A stretch of 64,000 bases of DNA, taken from the NCBI GenBank assembly GCA_012520175.1, contig JAAYOU010000041.1:7630-71629 (forward strand). Reading direction: 5' to 3'. The translations under genes and the position numbers were made by a program. Position 1 is the first letter of the stretch; the number at the start of each line of letters is the position of its first letter. Source of the stretch: Bacteroidales bacterium. GTDB lineage: Bacteria; Bacteroidota; Bacteroidia; Bacteroidales; DTU049. The notes beneath the pieces were generated by a model that saw only the letters and a list, made by a program, of their open reading frames with translations, made no database searches and was not told the origin of the DNA. Shown here piece by piece: positions 57,630-64,000 of this stretch.

Positions 57630-59528
57630 CTAGTTTTTATTTGTTTTTTCAAAAATATTTATAATTGCTTTTAAAATGCCGTCTGCATCTATTCCAACAT
57701 CTTTCTTTAATTCAGCAATACTAGCGTGTTCGATGAAAGAATCAGGAACACCTAGTTTTACAAAAGGCAAATAATATTTGTTTTTAAGCATAAAATCTGA
57801 AACAGTAGAACCAAGTCCACCCATGATAGTGCCATCTTCAACGGTTATAATAGCTTTGTGGTTTTTACAAGCGTCATGCAAAGCGGCTTCGTCAATAGGT
57901 TTTAAAAATACCATGTTGTAATGAGAAAAGCTTATTCCTGCTTCTGAAATTTTATCATATACCGCAATCACATCCATTCCAGATTGACCAATGGATAAAA
58001 CGGCAACATCTTTCCCCTCAACAAGCTTTTCAGCTTTGCCAATTTTTAATTCTTTAAAAGGCTGTTTCCAATTTTCAGTTTCAGCATTACCTCTTGGATA
58101 TCGGATTGAGAAAGGTCCTCTGTCTTTTAACTGAGCTGTAAACATTAGATTTCTCAATTGAACTACGTCTATAGGTGCAGAAATAATAAAATTAGGAATA
58201 GAATTCAAATATGACAAATCAAAAACGCCATGATGTGTCGCGCCGTCTTCTCCAACAAGTCCTCCGCGGTCTATACCAAAAATAACCGGTAATTTTTGCA
58301 ATGCAACATCATGAATTATTTGATCGTAAGCGCGTTGTAAAAAAGAAGAATAGATTGTGCAAAAAGGAGTGCGTCCTGATTTTGCGAGTCCTGCAGCGAA
58401 TGTAACGGCATGTTGTTCGGCAATGCCAACATCAAAAACACGATTTGGAAACTTTGCCTGCATAAAGTTTAAAGAACTTCCACTTATCATTGCAGGAGAA
58501 ATAGCAAAAATATTCTCATTTTGTTCGGCGAGTTCTGCTAATGTTTTCCCATAAACCACTTGATATTTTGGATGAGAGCAGCCGTTTGTTGCTTCTATAA
58601 TTTCCCCAGTTTCTGGATTGTATCGTCCTGGAGCATGGAATGTAACTCGGTCGTCTTCTGCAGGCTTATAGCCCTTACCTTTTGATGTAATAATGTGCAA
58701 AAGTTTAGGACCATTAATACGTTTTAAATCGTTAAGCACGGAAATTAACTTTTTTAAATTATGTCCATCAACAGGACCGAAGTATCTAACATTAAATGCT
58801 TCAAAAAGATTAGATTTTTTAAGCCATGTCCATTTCAGAGCCGTGCTTGTTTTGTTTGCTATTTTTTGTATAAAAGTGCCTTTAAAAATTCTCCAAGCCC
58901 TATGCTTTACTCTATTATATGTGTGTGAAGTTGTTATACGCGTTAAATAATTCGTGAAAGAGCCCGTGTTTTCATCAATAGCAATGCCGTTATCATTTAA
59001 AATAACCAAAATATTGTTTTTTGAGGCACCAAGATTGTTCATTGCTTCAAAAGCTTCTCCTCCAGTCATACTTCCATCGCCAATTAGGGCTATAAAATTA
59101 TCATCATTTTTCCCTTCTTTTTGTAAGCCTATGGCTAATCCTAATGCGGCGGAAATACTTGTGCTGCTGTGTCCTGTTCCAAAAACGTCATGCTCACTTT
59201 CGGAAATTTTTGGGAAGCCACTTATTCCGCCTTTTTGTCTGATAGAGCTAAAAGCGTCTCGCCTTCCGGTTAAGATTTTATGAATATACGATTGGTGTCC
59301 AACATCCCAAACGATTTGGTCTTTTGGAGAATTGAAAATATAATGCAACGCTATTGTTATTTCAACAACACCAAGATTAGCTCCTAAATGACCCGGATTT
59401 TGAGCCATATTTTTAATTAAAAAACCTCGAACTTCTTCAGATAATATTTCAAGTTGATTTAAGTTTAATTTCTTTAAATCAGCGGGGGAGTTAATTTTAG
59501 ATAAATATGTATAATTATTTTCGTCCAT
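57630..59528 (-). CDS. dxs: 1-deoxy-D-xylulose-5-phosphate synthase
   Basis: 632 aa with GHLGANLGVVE, GHSSTSISAALG, the ThDP motif GDGSMTGGEAFEA and transketolase-like middle and C-terminal domains. A TAacTTTG box (complement of 59540-59547) lies 12 nt upstream of the ATG. Confidence 0.95.
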   Translation of the reverse strand: MDENNYTYLSKINSPADLKKLNLNQLEILSEEVRGFLIKNMAQNPGHLGANLGVVEITIALHYIFNSPKDQIVWDVGHQSYIHKILTGRRDAFSSIRQKGGISGFPKISESEHDVFGTGHSSTSISAALGLAIGLQKEGKNDDNFIALIGDGSMTGGEAFEAMNNLGASKNNILVILNDNGIAIDENTGSFTNYLTRITTSHTYNRVKHRAWRIFKGTFIQKIANKTSTALKWTWLKKSNLFEAFNVRYFGPVDGHNLKKLISVLNDLKRINGPKLLHIITSKGKGYKPAEDDRVTFHAPGRYNPETGEIIEATNGCSHPKYQVVYGKTLAELAEQNENIFAISPAMISGSSLNFMQAKFPNRVFDVGIAEQHAVTFAAGLAKSGRTPFCTIYSSFLQRAYDQIIHDVALQKLPVIFGIDRGGLVGEDGATHHGVFDLSYLNSIPNFIISAPIDVVQLRNLMFTAQLKDRGPFSIRYPRGNAETENWKQPFKELKIGKAEKLVEGKDVAVLSIGQSGMDVIAVYDKISEAGISFSHYNMVFLKPIDEAALHDACKNHKAIITVEDGTIMGGLGSTVSDFMLKNKYYLPFVKLGVPDSFIEHASIAELKKDVGIDADGILKAIINIFEKTNKN

Positions 59529-59689
59529 TTATTAGTTTGCAAAGTTAAGTAATTTATTAATTTAGATATTAAAAAAAATAAGACTATAATTTATGATAAT
59601 AAGCATAGGAGTTTATAAAGCGATGTCTTGAACTAGCTGAAGGGTTGCAAAGTACTTAAAGTTGAAAATTGAAATCGAAAGAGTTTTGA

Positions 59690-59880
59690 GTTGGCTCGCT
59701 GTCGCTCGTTGAGCGAAGGTTGTTGAGCGGTAGCGAAACGCCGAAGCGGCGATATAACCACCTGATTATCAGCGCTTTATGCGTCGACGGGCACGATTTT
59801 TATAATTATTTGATTATTTGGTTTTTTATGCAAAACAATTATATCAGTAATTTGCAGGTTATCAACACTTTACAAAAAGT
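59690..59880 (+). repeat. Second copy of the GC-richer TGATTATCA/TTTAYGCG repeat family, preceded by GC-rich hairpins
   Basis: CTGATTATCAGCGCTTTATGCGTCGACGGG (core 59763-59771) aligns with 1089-1118. Degenerate units follow at 59811-59819 and 59856-59864. The track ORF 59720..59962 is just a read-through of these repeats. Confidence 0.65.
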
Positions 59881-60134
59881 GAAGAGAGGTAGAGGTAAGC
59901 AAAAAAAATTTTTTATAAATTTGTGTTTGTATTTAAAAAAAGTTGTATATTTGGCATCTTAAATATATTTTGTAAAAAAGTTAAAAAAGATAATTATGAT
60001 TTGCGAAAACTAATTGGTTGAAAACCAAAAAGAACAGAAATTTTTTACAGATATGTTTAAAAAGTGGAGACCAGAACCCACTTTAAAAAACGGGACGGAA
60101 GAAAAAATCCTTATCAGAAGAAAAGACTAATTAT

Positions 60135-60992
60135 TTGTTAATAATGAAAAATAAAAAGGGATTTATTAGGTTACCATTATTAATAATGGGAGTGTTTTTA
60201 CTTTTTGTAAGTAGTTGTAAGATTTATGATAGAAACGAAAATATAATAAGAGCTGATGGTACAATCATACCAAAGAACAGTTTTATTGATTCTCGTGACA
60301 AAAATATTTATAAAACCGTAAAAATTGGTGATCAAGTTTGGATGGCAGAAAACCTAAGATTTTTACCAAGTGTAGTAGGTTCGGGAATAGGGTCGGGGAC
60401 AAAACCATATTATTATGTTTATGGTTATGACAGTACAGATGTTGAAGCAGCTAAAGCAACAGATTTTTATAAATCATACGGAGTATTATACAACTGGCCT
60501 GCAATTATGGATGAAGATATAAATCTCAAAGTTAAGCCCAGAGGCGTGCAAGGAGTATGTCCATGTGGTTGGCATTTACCAAGCGATGCAGAATGGAAAC
60601 AGCTTGAAAAGCATATTGGAATGACAGAAGAGCAAGTAAATGATATAGAATCACGAGGGATACAAGAGGGAGGCAAACTTAAAGAAACTGAAATAATTCA
60701 TTGGGTAGAATCAAGTAAAGATGTAACTAATGAATTTGGTTTTACAGCTTTGCCTGGAGGTTACCGTGGTGATGATGGTAAATTTTATGGCAATGGAATT
60801 TATGGTGTTTGGTGGAGTGTTACGAAGATAGATGATTCTAATACATGGAGCCGTAGCATGTATTTTAACAGCGGCAAAATAATTAGAAATTACTTCTCTG
60901 ACCAATGGGGATTTTCTGTTCGTTGTATAAAAGATAAAAACATTTGGACAAGAATACTCAGAAAAAGAAGTAATACTATAATATATCCGTAA
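60135..60992 (+). CDS. FISUMP-domain lipoprotein (Fibrobacter succinogenes major paralogous domain family)
   Basis: Lipobox LLFVSSC, then FIDSRDKNIYKTVKIGDQVWMAENLRF, GVLYNW, CPCGWHLPSDAEWKQLE, GFTALPGGYR and GVWWS, the classic TIGR02145-type pattern. The start could instead be 60144 (MKNKKG). Confidence 0.85.
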   Translation: MLIMKNKKGFIRLPLLIMGVFLLFVSSCKIYDRNENIIRADGTIIPKNSFIDSRDKNIYKTVKIGDQVWMAENLRFLPSVVGSGIGSGTKPYYYVYGYDSTDVEAAKATDFYKSYGVLYNWPAIMDEDINLKVKPRGVQGVCPCGWHLPSDAEWKQLEKHIGMTEEQVNDIESRGIQEGGKLKETEIIHWVESSKDVTNEFGFTALPGGYRGDDGKFYGNGIYGVWWSVTKIDDSNTWSRSMYFNSGKIIRNYFSDQWGFSVRCIKDKNIWTRILRKRSNTIIYP

Positions 60993-61045
60993 TTATTGAA
61001 GTATTTTTAAAGAAATGAATAAAAAAGTTTGTAGTAATCAAGCTT

Positions 61046-62332
61046 TTACTTTTTCATCAAAAACTCTATTTCATCAGCTTCAAAAGGAATATCAGCTGTT
61101 AAATCAATAGGTTTTTCATCTACAAGAATATTGTTTTCAATGCGAATGCCTATATTTTCTTCTTTTATATAAAGCCCGGGCTCGCAAGTGAGAATCATTC
61201 CTTTTTTGAGAACAGTTGGCTTGCTTCCAACATCATGAACATCTATACCCATGAAATGAGAAGCGCCGTGCATGTAGTATTTAAAATATAAAGGAGTTTC
61301 TGAAGGATTATTTTTTATATCAATTTTAGAGAACAAGCCAAGTTCAACCATTTTGTTTTCTAGCAAGGCAGCAACTTTTTTATTTATTTCTTCTATTGTT
61401 GTGCCGGGAACAAAAAATTTGCGACTTTCTTTTAAAACGTCAAGAACCGCATTATAACATTGCTTTTGTCGTGGAGAAAAATTTCCATTAGCTGGAAATG
61501 TTCTAGAACAATCAGATGTGTAATTTCCATAAACAGCTCCAAAATCAATTAAAACCAAATCTCCATTTTTTATTTTGCTGTCGTTTGTGATATAATGCAA
61601 AATGCAGGCGTTTACTCCACTTGCAACAATTGGACTAAAAGCATGTCCAGAAGCACCTCTTTTAATAAAATTATGAGTTATTTCCGCTTCTATTTCATAT
61701 TCCATAATTCCAGCTTTAGTCATTTTTAACACAGCTAAAAAAGCTTCTTTCGTAATATCTATGGCTTTTTTGGTCATTTGAATTTCTTCTTTTGATTTGC
61801 AAAGCCTTAGTTCTGTGGTTAATGGAGTTAGTCTTTCGTATTTGTGCAGAGGATACTCGCTTTTAATTTTATTTATAAGCCGTTGATTAACATCTGTAAA
61901 TTTTGATGAAAAGTTGGTGTATTCATTTAATCCAAGATAAATTGTTTCTGAATTTAAGGCAAGATTTCGTAAAACCATGTCAAAATCAGATGTCCATTTT
62001 ATTGTTTTAATTCCAGATATTTCCGAAGCCTCTTCTTTGTTTAATCTTTTACCATTCCAAATAACCATTGTCGGATTTGTTTCTTGAATAAACAAGACTT
62101 CTCTCAGTTTTGAGTCCGGATGATGTGGGCACAAGCATAGCATAGCGTTTTCTTCATCAATTCCTGTCAGATAATAAAAATCTGAGTTTTGCCTAAAAGG
62201 ATAAAATTGATCAGCACTTTGGGGAATTAATTCATTGCCAGCCAAAACAACTAAACTATTTTTTTGTAATTTTTTCTCTAATGATTTTCTATTTTTTATA
62301 AAAAAATCAGGCTTAAAAGGCTCGTATCGCAT
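61046..62332 (-). CDS. Xaa-Pro aminopeptidase (M24B), second paralogue
   Basis: 428 aa with an AMP_N-like N-terminus (FRQNSDFYYLTG). Metal motifs are LVLIDFGAVYGNYTSDCSRT, HGASHFMGIDVHD, CEPGLY and IRIENN. Confidence 0.88.
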   Translation of the reverse strand: MRYEPFKPDFFIKNRKSLEKKLQKNSLVVLAGNELIPQSADQFYPFRQNSDFYYLTGIDEENAMLCLCPHHPDSKLREVLFIQETNPTMVIWNGKRLNKEEASEISGIKTIKWTSDFDMVLRNLALNSETIYLGLNEYTNFSSKFTDVNQRLINKIKSEYPLHKYERLTPLTTELRLCKSKEEIQMTKKAIDITKEAFLAVLKMTKAGIMEYEIEAEITHNFIKRGASGHAFSPIVASGVNACILHYITNDSKIKNGDLVLIDFGAVYGNYTSDCSRTFPANGNFSPRQKQCYNAVLDVLKESRKFFVPGTTIEEINKKVAALLENKMVELGLFSKIDIKNNPSETPLYFKYYMHGASHFMGIDVHDVGSKPTVLKKGMILTCEPGLYIKEENIGIRIENNILVDEKPIDLTADIPFEADEIEFLMKK

Positions 62333-62429
62333 AATGTTTTTTGCTAAGGTAGTGTTTTTTGGAAAAACCCAGGAAACTTTTTTTGTAAAAAAGTTTTTTG
62401 CGTTTAAAAAAATTATTTACTTTTGCCGC

Positions 62430-63053
62430 ATGGATGAAAAACAAATTTTGAAAGAAGTTCGAACACTGTTTGTAAAATATGGGATAAAGAGTGTTTCAAT
62501 GGATGATATTGCCGGACATTTGGGCATTTCAAAAAAAACTCTTTATAATTTTTTTTCTGATAAAAGAGAGCTTGTTTATTCTGTAATAAAAAGTCACATG
62601 GAGGAGATAAAAACAAGTTTTTTTGATTCAAAGTTTGAAAATTATAATGCTATAGATGTTTTATTAGAAACCAGCAATATCATTATTGAAAAAATGGGAA
62701 ATGTAAATCCTGCATTAAGTTATGATTTAAAGAAATATTATCCTGATGTTTTTAAACTTTTGATGGAATATAAAAATCATTATATTTTAACAAGCATTGA
62801 AAAAAATTTAAAACAAGGTATTGCTGAAAATTTATACCGCAAGGAAATAAATGTAAAAATCATAGCTTATTTTTATTTACATCGAATAGACCAATTGACT
62901 TCTATATGCGCTGAAGATGTTAAAATAGAGAACATTAACACAAAAGATGTTTTAAGAGAGATGTTTACCTATCATATTCGCGGAATAGCAAATGAAAACG
63001 GCATAAAATATTTTGAAAAAGAAACTTTAAAAAAATTTAAAACCAAAAATTAA
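62430..63053 (+). CDS. TetR/AcrR-family transcriptional regulator
   Basis: I place the start at MDEKQILKEVRTLFVKYGIKSVSMDDIAGHLGISKKTLYNFF (TetR HTH). The track ORF from 62235 adds 65 codons that overlap the aminopeptidase gene and its promoter region. Confidence 0.85.
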   Translation: MDEKQILKEVRTLFVKYGIKSVSMDDIAGHLGISKKTLYNFFSDKRELVYSVIKSHMEEIKTSFFDSKFENYNAIDVLLETSNIIIEKMGNVNPALSYDLKKYYPDVFKLLMEYKNHYILTSIEKNLKQGIAENLYRKEINVKIIAYFYLHRIDQLTSICAEDVKIENINTKDVLREMFTYHIRGIANENGIKYFEKETLKKFKTKN

Positions 63054-63054
63054 T

Positions 63055-64000
63055 ATGACCTTACAATTTTTGAAAAGGAAGAAATATCTAATAATTTTTT
63101 CGACATTGTTTTTTTCTATATTGCAACAAAACATAGCTCAGGAAAGCATGCAACTTTCTCTTGAGCAGGCACAGACCTACGCTTTGCAGCATAATCGCAC
63201 ATTAAAAAACGCTTCGTTTGATATTAAAAAAGCGGAAGCAGAAAAATGGAGCACCATTGCTACACTTTTGCCACAAGTAAACGGAACCTTCGATTATGCA
63301 AACATGATGGGATACAAATTGGAGATGATGGGATTTAATATTGCAATGCCTCCATATTCTACAATAGGAGTTACCACGTCTTTAACATTTAGCGCGGGAC
63401 AATTTATTGGGATAAAAATACACAATATTGCTCGCGATATGGCGGATATTTCTTTAAAACAAACAGAACAGCAAATTTTAAATAAGGTAAAAACAGTTTA
63501 TTTTTCAATATTAGTAATGAATGAAACCGTTTTGTTGCTTGATTCCAACTTAAACAACATGCGGACATTGCAAGAGCACACAGAAAACTCTGTAAAAGTT
63601 GGAATTCTCAATCAAACAGAGGCGGATAAAATTTCTGTACAAATTGCTTCTGTTGAAAATTCTGTAAATTCTGTAAAACGTGCTCTTGAAATGCTTTACA
63701 ACGCAATGAGGTTACAATTGGGACTTGATATTGACGCACAAATACAGCTAACACAAAAAATTGAAGACATAATAAATGTAAGCGAGGCAGAGAAATTATT
63801 AAATATAAATTTTCAGCCAGAAAACAATTATAGCTATAAATTATTACAAAGCTCTGTAAATTTATCAAAGCAACAATTGAATTTAAAAAAATGGGCTTAT
63901 GCTCCTACGTTGACAGCTTTTCACAGTTATTCAAAGAAAGAATATTTTAGCGACGAACCAACAATGAACATGACTCCGCCGAACATTTTGGGAGTTTCTA
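63055..64000 (+). CDS. TolC-family outer-membrane efflux protein (N-terminal part; runs off the window end)
   Basis: ATG at 63055, 1 nt after the TetR stop. My translation is MTLQFLKRKKYLIIFSTLFFSILQQNIAQESMQLSLEQAQTYALQHNRTLKNASFDIKKAEAEKW... This is the canonical opening of Bacteroidota TolC-like proteins. The frame is open to 64000. Confidence 0.8.
   Translation, partial: MTLQFLKRKKYLIIFSTLFFSILQQNIAQESMQLSLEQAQTYALQHNRTLKNASFDIKKAEAEKWSTIATLLPQVNGTFDYANMMGYKLEMMGFNIAMPPYSTIGVTTSLTFSAGQFIGIKIHNIARDMADISLKQTEQQILNKVKTVYFSILVMNETVLLLDSNLNNMRTLQEHTENSVKVGILNQTEADKISVQIASVENSVNSVKRALEMLYNAMRLQLGLDIDAQIQLTQKIEDIINVSEAEKLLNINFQPENNYSYKLLQSSVNLSKQQLNLKKWAYAPTLTAFHSYSKKEYFSDEPTMNMTPPNILGVS

Noticed and set aside
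59720-59962. 80-aa ORF across the dxs/FISUMP intergenic region
   Set aside because: Its sequence (…NHLIISALCVDGHDFYNYLIIWFF…NLQVINTLQ) is simply the TGATTATCA/TTTAYG repeat units translated. The equivalent array at 953-1175 has no ORF, so the element is non-coding.
62235-62429. N-terminal 65 codons of the TetR ORF as listed in the track
   Set aside because: This part overlaps the 5' end of the aminopeptidase gene on the other strand and translates to F/K-rich junk. The canonical TetR HTH begins right after the internal Met at 62430.

Overview
This is an AT-rich Bacteroidota-type chromosomal segment. Gene content looks Bacteroidales-like, and TAnnTTTG -7 boxes sit just upstream of several genes and tRNAs. 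I support about 55 protein genes, 3 tRNAs and a few terminators and promoters.

Most of the window is ordinary housekeeping:
- Amino acid and cofactor metabolism: aroD/aroA, kbl, asd, ribE, rpiB, nadA, ahcY, dxs.
- Propionate route: methylmalonyl-CoA mutase mutA/mutB, plus a separate methylmalonyl-CoA carboxyltransferase and biotin carrier.
- Transport and envelope: an NSS transporter with an overlapping MetS-like mini subunit, an LptF/G permease, and TetR with the start of a TolC-type gene.
- Translation and RNA: tgt, rluB-type synthase, ybeY, mnmG, metG.
- Peptidases and other: pepT, two M24 aminopeptidases, a LutB-like Fe-S protein.

I found no CRISPR array, rRNA, transposase, integrase or reverse transcriptase.

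The only accessory-looking stretch is about 48.95-52.89 kb, directly upstream of a tRNA-Gly/Leu/Val cluster. It holds an internally deleted Fic-like remnant, an MNT-HEPN pair and a secreted protein built from 32-aa tandem repeats. It also holds two paralogous 3-TM mini-proteins with overlapping stop/start and an unrecognisable secreted protein. A roughly 67-bp promoter-like module is duplicated at the head of two of its transcription units. This islet is my best candidate for an undescribed system, but that rests on gene context only.

The second notable signal is a relatively GC-rich, non-coding, 58-bp-periodic repeat family with a TGATTATCA palindrome followed by TTTAYGCG. It occurs in two intergenic regions (about 950-1175 and 59690-59880). 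The second copy is preceded by mutually exclusive GC-rich hairpins.

All functional calls come from motif recognition by eye. No searches were run.
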